64,000 nucleotides of DNA from a virus: positions 22,558-86,557 of the IMG/VR virus record IMGVR_UViG_3300011268_000517; one strand, 5' to 3'. Under the pieces are notes generated by a model. That model searched no databases, had not been told where the DNA came from, and saw only the letters and a program-made list of their open reading frames with translations. Position numbers and translations under genes: made by a program. Positions within the stretch are counted from its first letter, which is position 1. Each line of letters opens with the position of its first letter. Positions 10,381 through 20,359 of the stretch are shown here, piece by piece.

Positions 10381-13300
10381 TACGCCTTCTTAGCTTTCGG
10401 AGGAATTGTATCCAACAAGAAGAATCCTGCTGGAATTCCTTTTGCGTCACGCTTGTAAGTTGAGTCGTTAACCATAGTGAACGCCATACTTCTATTACCC
10501 TGTGGCTTGTAGCCAGTGTGAATCCAAACAGCTTCTGGTGCACGGTATTCCAAGATAATCTGGTCGTATTTAACAGCCTTTTCTAGTTGTTGTACCAGTT
10601 GGAATGTCTTGTTGTTTCTGTCTGGCAGTAGCAGAGCAACGTCGAAACAATGACCCTTACAGTGATCTGAGAAAGGAGATTCTGTTGGAACAACACCCTT
10701 TAGACGATATCCAGAAGTAATCTTCCATTGCTTACCATAACCACCAATACCTCCAGGCATAATTTCAACATAAGGCTCTAAGATATTCTGCGCAGACATA
10801 GCAAGGTTACACACGATTTCCTGAACTGTGAACACACGCTCCGCAGAACTTGGTCCTTCTTTCAGGATCTGGTCAACCAGTTTATGTTTACCGTTGACAC
10901 CACCGTCCATACACATACCAAGAGAAAAGTTCTTGGAAATTGTGTAGTCGTTGGTGAAATTCTTGGTAGTGTAGATGATCTTACAGTCAACAGGAACGTC
11001 CTTACCAGCAGCGCCCTTAGTTGGTGCAGCTTCTTCTGTTGCAACTGGCGGTGGTGCGTTTGGCACACCTTGTTTTTCTTGTTCTTTAGAATTTCTACGT
11101 CCCTCTGGCGTATCATAATCCTCTGGAGTTTCGTTGGCTGCAAGAGCTTCTGATTGTCTCTCAGGAGGAATTAGATATGGAACAGTAGGGTTTTGTGGAT
11201 CACCAGCAGGTGGTGGTGTCAACTCTACATCTGGTGCGCCAGATGCGCCATTACCAAACTGACCCTCAGCATAATCTGCAAATAGGGTTCCACCAGAAAG
11301 GATGTTCATATCTCCAGAAGTTTCAATATTCATATTGTTGGCTTTCTGGTTGATATTAGATGCCTGAACACCGAATTGACCACCCGCTTTAATAAGAACG
11401 TCTCCACCAGCAGCGATGTAGATATCGTTAGCCACACCAAGATCTACGTTATTACCAACCTTCACGTTGGCGTTCTGAGCAACTTCGATATTGGCGTCTG
11501 TTCTTGCAAAGATGTTTGTGTTGCCTTCAACTGTAATATTGCACTCGCCAGCAACGTGAATACATCCGTTACGCTCCATCAATGTGAAGCTATCGCCAAC
11601 GATGTAGTTTACCTGAGTACCATTAGCATCGATCTCGCTGTAAGTGCCAGAACGATGATATGTGTGAATACGTTCTTGACCTGGAGTGTCATCAAACTCC
11701 TGAATGTGACCAGACTCTGTTTCGAGAACTTTATTGAACGGATATTTTGCACCATACGGTGGCATTGGTTGATCCCAAGAGCCAGTACCGTAAGCCTTAG
11801 GAATACCCTTTTTGACATTAGCGTCTTTTTTCTGTACAATAGTACCGTCAATAATACCACGAGCCAAACGATTAGTGTCTGGTTCATTGAGATACTCTTT
11901 TAGAGGGTACTTGTTATTTGGGTCACGGAAACCTGTGTTATCTGTGCCACGTTTAATAGATTCAGCAGAAGGTCCAGGAGTTCCTTTGAATTCTGCAGGA
12001 GGAGAAGCTGGTGGTGCAGCTGCATCTTTTTCTAAAGAACCAGTTGCTTGTGTTCCATAGAAATACTCATAAAATGCTAGCTTTCTTGCTGCAATGTCTG
12101 GTGAGTTTACACCAACAGCCTTTTTCGCCGCATAGAAGTATCCAGGATGGTCAGTTTCTTTAGTGCCTTTTGGCACACGATCCTTAATATAAAGAGCGGC
12201 AACTAAAGCAGAAACGTTGATATCGTTGTCCAAAGAATCTGGGTTGTTAACAAGATCTAGGTTAAGACCCATCTTGTTTGCCATATCTTGATACTTTTTG
12301 TAGTTAGCTCTACCCGTCAACTGGATGAATCCACGCCCGTAGTACTTACCACCATCTGCATCAGTCTGGTTACCTAAGAAATTTTTACCACGTTTTGTTG
12401 GTCCATAGATGACTGAGAAGAATTGCTCACGTGTGATGCCTTTCTTAGACGCATCAGAGTATTTGTCAGCTTCTTCATCTGTTAAAAACGAATAGATCTG
12501 TTTAATACGAGATTTTGAATAAGTAAATGCTTCGTTCTGTGGGATCCACGCAGATTCACCACCAGCAATACCCAACAACGCACACTTCTGTTCTTTAGTT
12601 GTTAATCCTACTTTATCACAAGCAGCAATCAGTGCTTTAATACCTTCTGTTGCTTTAGACGGGTTTGATGTAGATTTTGGTGGTGGTATAACAGGGATAG
12701 ATGTGTTAGTAGAAGTTTTCGCTGGCGTAGCAGCAGTAGTGGCAGAAGCTGGTTCTGCTGCAGCCTTAACTGGCTGTCCACTTCCATCTGTTACTGGTTT
12801 CCCGCTACCATCTGTTAGCACACCGATTAAGTTACCACGATTAACTGCATCTAAATTGGTCGGAGGATCATTAAAGGTTAAGATATTTTCACCATAACCA
12901 GTAACTATCTCGCTAATAGTTATTTGCAGAGGACCATCAATGCTAACAATATAGCAGTTATCGGACAACCCGAAACCAACAACTTTCATATTGGCTTTTA
13001 AAGATCTAGTCAGATTAGTTTTACCTTCTTCTGGGTCAAAGAAAGTTAATTGCTTACCTGTAACTGGACCGACAATAGTTCTTAAAACAATGTCTTTAGT
13101 TTTTGTTTCACCGTCGATTGGAAGAACGCTGTCATCATCTTCAATATTTTTAGGGGCTGTTGGAATACCACCAACAGTACCAAGCATAATCGGTTGTTGC
13201 TGATCGGGATCAGCAAACATAATAATTACAGTACTACCTTCAACTGGTCCAATCGGTGTTGAACCGATACCATTCATCGCAGCTGATGTAACTGGTTGTA

Positions 13301-13433
13301 CTGGCATAGCCCATGGAAGCTGCTCTGTTGGCAGTTGTGTTTTATCGTGAGTGTGTAACCCTACGATACGAACTTGACAACGACCAAGTTGTAATGGATC
13401 TATTCTATTTTCAATAACACCAGTATAAAACAT
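10380..13433 (-). CDS. gp5: Baseplate hub/central spike gp5 with GH19 glycosidase and C-terminal M15-like peptidase domains
   Basis: OB-fold N-terminus (DPLQLGRCQVRIVGLH), GH19 motif YYGRGFIQLTGRANY, gp5 C-terminal ETESGH..EFDDTPG.ERIH, then SGYR..S.HC.G..FD...WIH. Confidence 0.88.
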   Translation of the reverse strand: MFYTGVIENRIDPLQLGRCQVRIVGLHTHDKTQLPTEQLPWAMPVQPVTSAAMNGIGSTPIGPVEGSTVIIMFADPDQQQPIMLGTVGGIPTAPKNIEDDDSVLPIDGETKTKDIVLRTIVGPVTGKQLTFFDPEEGKTNLTRSLKANMKVVGFGLSDNCYIVSIDGPLQITISEIVTGYGENILTFNDPPTNLDAVNRGNLIGVLTDGSGKPVTDGSGQPVKAAAEPASATTAATPAKTSTNTSIPVIPPPKSTSNPSKATEGIKALIAACDKVGLTTKEQKCALLGIAGGESAWIPQNEAFTYSKSRIKQIYSFLTDEEADKYSDASKKGITREQFFSVIYGPTKRGKNFLGNQTDADGGKYYGRGFIQLTGRANYKKYQDMANKMGLNLDLVNNPDSLDNDINVSALVAALYIKDRVPKGTKETDHPGYFYAAKKAVGVNSPDIAARKLAFYEYFYGTQATGSLEKDAAAPPASPPAEFKGTPGPSAESIKRGTDNTGFRDPNNKYPLKEYLNEPDTNRLARGIIDGTIVQKKDANVKKGIPKAYGTGSWDQPMPPYGAKYPFNKVLETESGHIQEFDDTPGQERIHTYHRSGTYSEIDANGTQVNYIVGDSFTLMERNGCIHVAGECNITVEGNTNIFARTDANIEVAQNANVKVGNNVDLGVANDIYIAAGGDVLIKAGGQFGVQASNINQKANNMNIETSGDMNILSGGTLFADYAEGQFGNGASGAPDVELTPPPAGDPQNPTVPYLIPPERQSEALAANETPEDYDTPEGRRNSKEQEKQGVPNAPPPVATEEAAPTKGAAGKDVPVDCKIIYTTKNFTNDYTISKNFSLGMCMDGGVNGKHKLVDQILKEGPSSAERVFTVQEIVCNLAMSAQNILEPYVEIMPGGIGGYGKQWKITSGYRLKGVVPTESPFSDHCKGHCFDVALLLPDRNNKTFQLVQQLEKAVKYDQIILEYRAPEAVWIHTGYKPQGNRSMAFTMVNDSTYKRDAKGIPAGFFLLDTIPPKAKKA

Positions 13434-14708
13434 TTAGTCTCCAACTTTCATCATTAACGAATCTTTAATAAGTTCCATATTACACTCATGTCTTTCTCTA
13501 CTAATATAGTGGTTAACTGCAGCAATTAAGTAATTGCCAGAGAACATCTTATCCAAGTTATCTTCGTCTTTATCACTCAATGGTTCAACTTTATAAAGTC
13601 TCACATTAACTTTCTGCCCGACAGTATAGTCGCATCTTCCTGGAACAACAATCTGAATTTTATTAGCTTCTGCAGCCTTTATCATAGAAATGCGTTTTTG
13701 TTCATTTCTGTAATTTGTAGCATCACCGAAACCGCTGAATGTTGAATTTGCTCTTGGATAATTTATAAATGTAGAATTGGTTCTAAAAATAGATTTCTCA
13801 GAAGCGACATTATATTTGTTAAGGTGTGCAGATCCATCAAAGTATTCAAACATATTAAATGGTTTTACATTGTACTGCTTTTTAGTTAGATCGTAAGAAA
13901 TAATTTTTGAAGCAAACAAACCATTTTTGATTCTATCAATGTAGTCAAAACCCAAAGGAACACTAACCATATCAATTCGTTTGTAGTCTTGTCCAACATT
14001 CTTTGCGTCACCACCAGATGGTTTATTATCACGAGTATATCGGTCATATACGAACTCTTGATACACTGGATTAGAATATAATGAATCTAATGTAACAAAG
14101 TTAAAACCGTCTCTGTTCTCGAAAAACAAATAGCTCGGTGAGTCTTTTTTATTGGTTGCTCCATTAACAACATATTGTATAGCTTTTGTCGGAGACCAAA
14201 AATTTGAAATAAATTTAATAGTTTTAGAAGACTCTTCTACATTAACTTTCTTTTTTGTTTGAAGACCGTTTATTTCATCTTTAGTAAGATAGTCAATAAC
14301 AACTTCTGGTTTATCACCAAAAACACGACTAACTTTTTTATTCATATCAATGATAGCTTCTGGAGAAATAAAGTGTAATTGATAAACTACACTCTTATCC
14401 CCAAGTAATTCTCTATCTGTCATTTTATAGATGTAGAATTTACCCTTGATATTGCCCTTCTCTAGAGAAGGTGTGCTGATTTGTAAATCTAATGTTTCTT
14501 CTCCAGCGAATGGGAAAAGGTTGATATAATCTAGAGATTCTTTAACTACTAGTGAACCACTGATAAATGGAGAAAACAAGTCTTCAAAAATTTGAATGGA
14601 AATGACCTGCGCAGCAATATTTTGCGCAAACCCGTTTCTTGTAATTATCTGTGCGTTATCAATTGATACATCACCAGCGAATCGTACAGCTTTTTGAGAA
14701 GATTCCAT
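13434..14708 (-). CDS. Baseplate hub subunit (gp27-like)
   Basis: Position between gp53 and gp5; IFEDLFSPFISG, YLFFENRDGFNF, FSGNYLIAAVNH motifs. Confidence 0.6.
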   Translation of the reverse strand: MESSQKAVRFAGDVSIDNAQIITRNGFAQNIAAQVISIQIFEDLFSPFISGSLVVKESLDYINLFPFAGEETLDLQISTPSLEKGNIKGKFYIYKMTDRELLGDKSVVYQLHFISPEAIIDMNKKVSRVFGDKPEVVIDYLTKDEINGLQTKKKVNVEESSKTIKFISNFWSPTKAIQYVVNGATNKKDSPSYLFFENRDGFNFVTLDSLYSNPVYQEFVYDRYTRDNKPSGGDAKNVGQDYKRIDMVSVPLGFDYIDRIKNGLFASKIISYDLTKKQYNVKPFNMFEYFDGSAHLNKYNVASEKSIFRTNSTFINYPRANSTFSGFGDATNYRNEQKRISMIKAAEANKIQIVVPGRCDYTVGQKVNVRLYKVEPLSDKDEDNLDKMFSGNYLIAAVNHYISRERHECNMELIKDSLMMKVGD

Positions 14709-15463
14709 TATAACTGATCTTTAAAGTTGTTTAAGATTGTGCCAATTATATTTTTAGAAATAATTTTTATTCTGCGTTTTGACTCATTAACAGACTCTTC
14801 GTATTGTCTGTTAGAAATAGATACTGCTCCGCTTGTGTTAGAGTTAACAATAAAACCTTGTTCATTAACATAATGGTGTACATCATCAGCGTCTTCGCCG
14901 TACTTGTCAGAAACATACTTTTCTAACTGAAGTTGAGTTAGTGGAAAGTCTTTTCTGTAATCATACATATCATTAGCCAACATAATGATCCAATGATATT
15001 CTGCGTTACCATAAATCTTTTCTGCAATAATCTCAGGCGTTTCGCCATCCATTATATCGTAAGATTCATACGTGGTAATATTAGACAGAACTTCTTTACG
15101 GAAACGAATATTTCTACTAATATCAGTTAACGCATATGCTTTGGTCTGTTTTTTGATGTTGCCATAAGGTGGTGTGATAACAACAGTAGGGGGTTGAATA
15201 TACCCGCCACCCGCATTTTTCATAATAATGTTAGTTATTTTCCCATCACTAATAACAGCATATGCAGACGCAGTAACTCCAGTATTCTCTGGTTGAGAAA
15301 AGGTTACAGAAGCAGTAGTATAACCAGATCCTTGATCTGATATAGATACAGAACCAACACCATCTGCAGAAAGGTTTGCTGTTGCTTTAGCTATGCGCCC
15401 TTTCGTTGTTGTTGTATTAACATCAAAATCATATAGTATAGTTGGAAATTCTTTAAAGTACAT
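14708..15463 (-). CDS. gp53: Baseplate wedge subunit gp53 with inserted Gly-rich repeat
   Basis: MYFKEFP, YDIMDGETPEIIAEKIYG..EYHWIIMLAN, NESKRRIK motifs. Confidence 0.88.
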   Translation of the reverse strand: MYFKEFPTILYDFDVNTTTTKGRIAKATANLSADGVGSVSISDQGSGYTTASVTFSQPENTGVTASAYAVISDGKITNIIMKNAGGGYIQPPTVVITPPYGNIKKQTKAYALTDISRNIRFRKEVLSNITTYESYDIMDGETPEIIAEKIYGNAEYHWIIMLANDMYDYRKDFPLTQLQLEKYVSDKYGEDADDVHHYVNEQGFIVNSNTSGAVSISNRQYEESVNESKRRIKIISKNIIGTILNNFKDQL

Positions 15464-15464
15464 T

Positions 15465-16640
15465 TTATAGTCCGTTCTTAACTTTATCTTTTGTCAACAG
15501 AGCCAATTCACGGAATTCTAATGTTATATTAATCTGGGTAGGCATACCATTAGGGAAAGTGGTAAACAACCCATTTGGTGTATAGTTAACATTCATACTC
15601 GTCAAAACACAAGATGTGTGACGGTGTAAGTTTCTGTTTTCTTTACCATTAGCAAAGTACGTGATATCGAATTCAGAAGGATAGATGTAAACGAAGTTGT
15701 TGTTATCTTTAAATTCTGGATGCATGTGGTATTTGAATTCTTCAATAATTCTCAATACGTTTGCAGCTTCTTTATCATCTCTTGGGAAAAATTGATAGTC
15801 AAAACTAAATGTTCTAAAATCAACACCCTTGAACACTTGTTCTTTTTTAGGGTTTGCTGCTAGACCAAGAGCAGCCGATGCACCGCCAGCAATGTTTGCA
15901 GGTAGTTTAGATAGAGATAAGTTAGCGATAACTGCTGCGCCAACACCTTTAACATCTGATTTATTGTCGCCTTGTAGGGCTTTCATAATTTCCGTTCCAC
16001 CAGCATTCACCATAGCTAGTGCAGAAGTATCATCTTCAGACCATTGGACACCATATCTAACAGAAAGTTGATTCGGTACGTGAAGAGCGATAGCAGTTTT
16101 TAGTCTTCTTTGGGAGCGTTTTGCGTCTGGTGCCAAAGATGCAGTAGCAGTTAGACCAATAGCAGGAGCAGCAGCTGCTGCGGCTGCAACTTTACCTGCG
16201 GTTTTAACAGTATTCTTAACACCACCGCCGCCAGCTAAAACACCACCAGCAACCAGACCCTCGATAGCTGCCACACCAGCACCAGATCCAACCAACCCAG
16301 CCTTAGACATATTCATACCAACAAGATCTCCACGATCTCTAGGTGGATAGTCATCTACTGTAGCAACATCACCCTTTTTGAATAACTTTGAATCCGTAGC
16401 CACGTTAATATAGAACAAAACATAACTACCACCGTATCTACCGTCTGCAGCCATCAGATCGTTAGGATAAGAGTGATTCTTTATGTCATATTTTCCGTCG
16501 TCTAATGGAGAGCCTGTGCCTCGTGCAGTCCACAAATTAGGGGGCTGACGGCTATTGACATTGGTGTTTTTGTCAATAGCACCTTTAACGGATGATTTGG
16601 CGTTGGTGTACGCCTGAGAGATGTTATCTAGTAATCCCAT
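15465..16640 (-). CDS. gp48: Baseplate tail-tube cap gp48
   Basis: NPKKEQVFKGVDFRTFSFDYQFFPR...E...I..FK.HMHP, YPSEFDI, C.LTS..VNY.PNG motifs. Confidence 0.85.
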   Translation of the reverse strand: MGLLDNISQAYTNAKSSVKGAIDKNTNVNSRQPPNLWTARGTGSPLDDGKYDIKNHSYPNDLMAADGRYGGSYVLFYINVATDSKLFKKGDVATVDDYPPRDRGDLVGMNMSKAGLVGSGAGVAAIEGLVAGGVLAGGGGVKNTVKTAGKVAAAAAAAPAIGLTATASLAPDAKRSQRRLKTAIALHVPNQLSVRYGVQWSEDDTSALAMVNAGGTEIMKALQGDNKSDVKGVGAAVIANLSLSKLPANIAGGASAALGLAANPKKEQVFKGVDFRTFSFDYQFFPRDDKEAANVLRIIEEFKYHMHPEFKDNNNFVYIYPSEFDITYFANGKENRNLHRHTSCVLTSMNVNYTPNGLFTTFPNGMPTQINITLEFRELALLTKDKVKNGL

Positions 16641-16667
16641 TGTGTTCTTCTAAATAAGTGGGGTGGT

Positions 16668-16675
16668 TATTTATA
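16668..16675 (-). promoter_or_regulatory. T4-type late promoter (TATAAATA) for the gp48-gp53-gp5 operon
   Basis: Exact TATAAATA 28 nt upstream of the gp48 start; gp33 is encoded in the window. Confidence 0.7.
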
Positions 16676-16692
16676 CTTCCAAATAGTTATTT

Positions 16693-17121
16693 ATGTTCCA
16701 TAAATCAAAGTTTACTCCTATCTTCCCCGAAAAGTATGTCGGAGACCACACTAACATTATCTGTAGGTCTTCTTGGGAACGCACATTTGCAAATTGGTGC
16801 GATAAAAATCCATCTATCGTAAAATGGAATTCTGAAGAAACAATCATACCCTACAGATGTCCAACAGACGGTAGAGTTCACCGTTATTTTGTCGATTTCA
16901 AGATAACGACAGCGGACGGTAAGACTTACTTGGTAGAAGTCAAACCACACAAACAGACTGAACCGCCAGTCTATCCAGGACGCAATACTCAAAAATACCT
17001 ACTAGAGTCGATGACCTATATCAAAAACCAAGCAAAATGGTCTGCAGCTAGGGAATATTGTAAAGATAGACGCTGGGAATTTAAGATCATAACTGAGTAT
17101 GAACTTGGTCTAAAGTCCTAA
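16693..17121 (+). CDS. gp4: Head completion nuclease gp4 (TnsA-like)
   Basis: KY.GD..NI.CRSSWE, W.SEE..IPY, HRYFVDF, LVEVKP, NQAKW.AA motifs. Confidence 0.92.
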   Translation: MFHKSKFTPIFPEKYVGDHTNIICRSSWERTFANWCDKNPSIVKWNSEETIIPYRCPTDGRVHRYFVDFKITTADGKTYLVEVKPHKQTEPPVYPGRNTQKYLLESMTYIKNQAKWSAAREYCKDRRWEFKIITEYELGLKS

Positions 17122-17129
17122 ATAATTAA

Positions 17130-17738
17130 ATGCCTAATCGTACAAGTAAATCCCTGCTAGATGTATTCGAACGCAACAAATATGATCTTCCTGCTGCAGT
17201 AAGAAAATCACGAGGTTGGTTCGAAACACAGGTCAATATGTTGACCAAGCAAAACCTCACCCCTCAAAAAGTGTTGGGTGGAAAACCAGAAGATCTAACA
17301 ACTACTCTGATTCCAGGGAATTTGTACATGTATGGTTATGATCCTAAACTAAAGAACGAACTTCCGTATTATGATCGGTTTCCACTAGTTTTTCCATTTA
17401 GAAAAACTGCAGATGGTTTCATTGGGCTGAATATGCACTATTTGCCATATCACCTTAGAATAGGTCTATTAGACAAATTGATGGTTTTTAGGTCTAACAA
17501 TAGAATGGACGAAACCACTCGCCTAAAATACTCTTGGGCTACTATTGACGGTATCTCTAAATTTAATGCTGCTATCCCATGCGTGAAACAATACCTGAAC
17601 GCACACGTTAAAACCCAGTTTAGAAAAATTGATTCAGAGGATTGGGCTACAGCTATGCTTCTTCCAGTTGAACGTTTTGTTGGTGCGTCAAAGCAAGAAG
17701 TTTGGACAGAATCACAAAGAAAAATAAGAAGAGCGTAA
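17130..17738 (+). CDS. gp2: DNA end protector protein gp2
   Basis: YDPKLK..LPYYDRFPLVF, GLN.HYLP, CVKQYL..HV motifs. Confidence 0.92.
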   Translation: MPNRTSKSLLDVFERNKYDLPAAVRKSRGWFETQVNMLTKQNLTPQKVLGGKPEDLTTTLIPGNLYMYGYDPKLKNELPYYDRFPLVFPFRKTADGFIGLNMHYLPYHLRIGLLDKLMVFRSNNRMDETTRLKYSWATIDGISKFNAAIPCVKQYLNAHVKTQFRKIDSEDWATAMLLPVERFVGASKQEVWTESQRKIRRA

Positions 17739-17739
17739 A

Positions 17740-18483
17740 ATGGACATTAGAAATCTACCACTAGGTGGCAACTTAGGTAATATTCTAGGGTTTAAAAAAC
17801 CTGGGCAATCTACCGAAATTGCCAGAAAAAACCCAATCGGAGACTTTGTTTCTCAGGTTAAAAGTGGGGGCTTGGCTAGAACAAACAGGTACGCCGTCAT
17901 TATGGATATGCCTTTTGCGTTCAATAGCAACACAACTAGAAAGGCGCTGATGTTCTGCGACCAGATTCAGCTACCTGGAACAAACTTTTCCACAGCGCAA
18001 AACAGAACATTCGGTGAATTCAGAGACGTTCCATACGAAAAATTGTATGATGACATCACCCTGTCATTTTACGTCGATCGAGATATGCTTATCAAAGAGA
18101 TGTTCGACAAATGGCAAGAACACATTTACGATCCGAAGACTAGAGTTTTCAATTACTACGCAAATTATATAACGGACATTAAAATTGAGGTGCAAGACAA
18201 TAAAGATGCACCGCATTACTATGTGACCCTACACGAATGTTATCCTAAAACAGTAGGCGCTGTGCAACTAGATTATGCTTCGAAAGATGTTATGAAGTTA
18301 TCTGTTTCTATAGCATATAAATGGTTTGAGACCCAGACAGAGGTTCCAGACATAGCCTTTACTGCTGCTCGTAAAAATGGTCTAAAAGACAAATTGATGA
18401 ACTTTGCTGTTGGCGCTGCTGGCAGCTGGGCGGTGACTCAGATTCCTAAGATAACATCTAAATTACCAAAAATTGGATTTTAA
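17740..18483 (+). CDS. Tail tube family protein (gp54/gp19-like tube initiator)
   Basis: GLARTNRY, C....LPG, PYEKLYDDITLSFYVD, F.KWQ, YPK.VGA.QL motifs. Confidence 0.7.
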   Translation: MDIRNLPLGGNLGNILGFKKPGQSTEIARKNPIGDFVSQVKSGGLARTNRYAVIMDMPFAFNSNTTRKALMFCDQIQLPGTNFSTAQNRTFGEFRDVPYEKLYDDITLSFYVDRDMLIKEMFDKWQEHIYDPKTRVFNYYANYITDIKIEVQDNKDAPHYYVTLHECYPKTVGAVQLDYASKDVMKLSVSIAYKWFETQTEVPDIAFTAARKNGLKDKLMNFAVGAAGSWAVTQIPKITSKLPKIGF

Positions 18484-18494
18484 GGAATATAGAG

Positions 18495-19025
18495 ATGGCA
18501 CAAGAAGACTACGCAAAACTGAGCGACAGCGAAAAGAAAAAAGAAGATTGGATGAACAGCAAGTGGCGTCCAATGATGGGTTGGATCTATATGGGCACTT
18601 GTTTTGCAGACTTTGTGTTATTTCCAATTCTATGGTCTTTACTACAAGCTACTCTTAAACAGCCAGTTAGTCAATGGCAACCACTAACCCTACAAGGTGC
18701 TGGACTTTACCATATCGCTATGGGTGCTGTTCTAGGTATCGCTGCTTACGGTCGCACACAAGAAAAACTAGGAGGAGCCAACAATGGAGGCTTACAATTA
18801 CCAGCAGGCAGCACAGCAACACCTGGCTTACCTGCGCCAATCGGAGCAACAGCATCCATCCCAGGTGCTACACCAAGCAGCGTTGGAAGCGTATCTGGCT
18901 CAGCGCCAACAGTCAGACCAACTCCAACACCAATCCCAAAACCAGTAGCAGCAACACCTGCTAGCTCACTAGTTGATGACCTGCATCCAGATGATCCTCC
19001 AGTGAGAAACACAAGAAACGACTAA
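18495..19025 (+). CDS. Holin-like membrane protein (GTA-type 3TM holin)
   Basis: KWRPMMGWIY signature, hydrophobic helices, Pro/Ala-rich tail. Confidence 0.6.
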   Translation: MAQEDYAKLSDSEKKKEDWMNSKWRPMMGWIYMGTCFADFVLFPILWSLLQATLKQPVSQWQPLTLQGAGLYHIAMGAVLGIAAYGRTQEKLGGANNGGLQLPAGSTATPGLPAPIGATASIPGATPSSVGSVSGSAPTVRPTPTPIPKPVAATPASSLVDDLHPDDPPVRNTRND

Positions 19026-19028
19026 ACG

Positions 19029-19448
19029 ATGAAAGTAGATGATTCTTTATCAAATGCATTTGGGTTGGCTCCTATGGCACCCCAAAGCAATGAAGTGATT
19101 ACACACGATGGCGAAATCATAACTCCACCAAACCAAAAGGTGGAGAATGATTATGATACAGCCAGAACTAACCTTCGTGAACTACTAACAACAGGCAAGG
19201 CTGCTCTAGAACATGCGCTGGAAGTAGCCAAGTCTTCTGAACATCCAAGAGCATTTGAGGTTGTCGGCAATCTAATGAAACAGTTAGCCGATGTCAACCA
19301 ACAACTAATGGACATCCACCAACAAAAACAAAAACTTGATGGACCAAAAGAAGTTTCTAAAAAAGAAGTGACGAACAATAATGTTATCTTTACAGGTAGC
19401 ACCGCTGACTTGAATAAACTATTAAAGAATATGTCTAAAGGAGAATAA
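19029..19448 (+). CDS. gp16: Terminase small subunit gp16
   Basis: DY..AR.NL, HPRAFEVVGNLMK, TNNN.IFTGST.DL motifs. Confidence 0.85.
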   Translation: MKVDDSLSNAFGLAPMAPQSNEVITHDGEIITPPNQKVENDYDTARTNLRELLTTGKAALEHALEVAKSSEHPRAFEVVGNLMKQLADVNQQLMDIHQQKQKLDGPKEVSKKEVTNNNVIFTGSTADLNKLLKNMSKGE

Positions 19449-19450
19449 TT

Positions 19451-20173
19451 ATGGCTTTACCTATCATGAACACGCCAATCTACAATCTTGTAGTTCCATC
19501 AACTGGCGATAAAATTAAATACCGTCCATTCTTGGTTAAAGAAGAAAAGGCTCTACTGATCGCTCAGCAATCTGAAGATATTGAGGTTATGGTTGACAGC
19601 CTGAAGCAAGTTATTTCTGGATGTGTGCTCGATAAGATCGATGTTAATTCTTTAGCAACATTTGATATCGAATACATCTTCACGCAGATTCGTGCAAAAT
19701 CTGTCGGTGAGACTATTGAACTATTATTCCCATGCGATGAAGACCATGGAGAAGATCAGGACAAAGCAAAGTTAAAAATTTCTATCGATCTGACCAATCT
19801 TCAGGTCGAGTTCCCGCCAGAGCACTCCAGAAAAATTCAATTATTCGGAGACGTTGGTGTTATTATGAAATACCCATCATTTGATGTTATGTCAAAGCTG
19901 GAAAACATGAACCTAGAAGACGTAGATGCTATCTTCGATGTCATCGCATCTTCTATCGATATGATCTACCAAGGTGAAGAAATTCATTATGCCAAAGAAC
20001 AAACCAAAGAAGAATTACTAGAATTCCTTTACAACCTAACTAATGAACAGTTCCAGGAACTACAAAAGTTCTTTGCGAATATGCCAAAGATCTCCAAGAC
20101 AGTTGAATATAATTGCCCGATCTGCAGCAAGCATCATACCGTTAAGTTGGAGGGAATGCAAAGTTTTTTTTGA
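19451..20173 (+). CDS. gp26: Baseplate hub assembly protein gp26
   Basis: YRPFLVKEEKALL, FDIEYIF..IRAKSVGE, KYPS, C..C...LEG..SFF. Confidence 0.88.
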   Translation: MALPIMNTPIYNLVVPSTGDKIKYRPFLVKEEKALLIAQQSEDIEVMVDSLKQVISGCVLDKIDVNSLATFDIEYIFTQIRAKSVGETIELLFPCDEDHGEDQDKAKLKISIDLTNLQVEFPPEHSRKIQLFGDVGVIMKYPSFDVMSKLENMNLEDVDAIFDVIASSIDMIYQGEEIHYAKEQTKEELLEFLYNLTNEQFQELQKFFANMPKISKTVEYNCPICSKHHTVKLEGMQSFF

Positions 20174-20358
20174 TTAATCTGTGTCACGAGAGTTTGGCGA
20201 ACTACTATAAAATGAATTTCGCTTTGATGCAGTATCACAAATACTCTCTTTCGGAATTAGAGGACATGATTCCGTTCGAACGAGAAGTATATGTCCATAT
20301 GTTGATTCAGTACTTGGAAGAAGAAAAACAAAGATTAGAATCTAAGAAGAGAATGTAA
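20170..20358 (+). CDS. gp51: Baseplate hub assembly catalyst gp51
   Basis: YYKMNFALMQYHKYSLSELE.MIPFERE.Y motif. Confidence 0.88.
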   Translation: MINLCHESLANYYKMNFALMQYHKYSLSELEDMIPFEREVYVHMLIQYLEEEKQRLESKKRM

Positions 20359-20359
20359 A

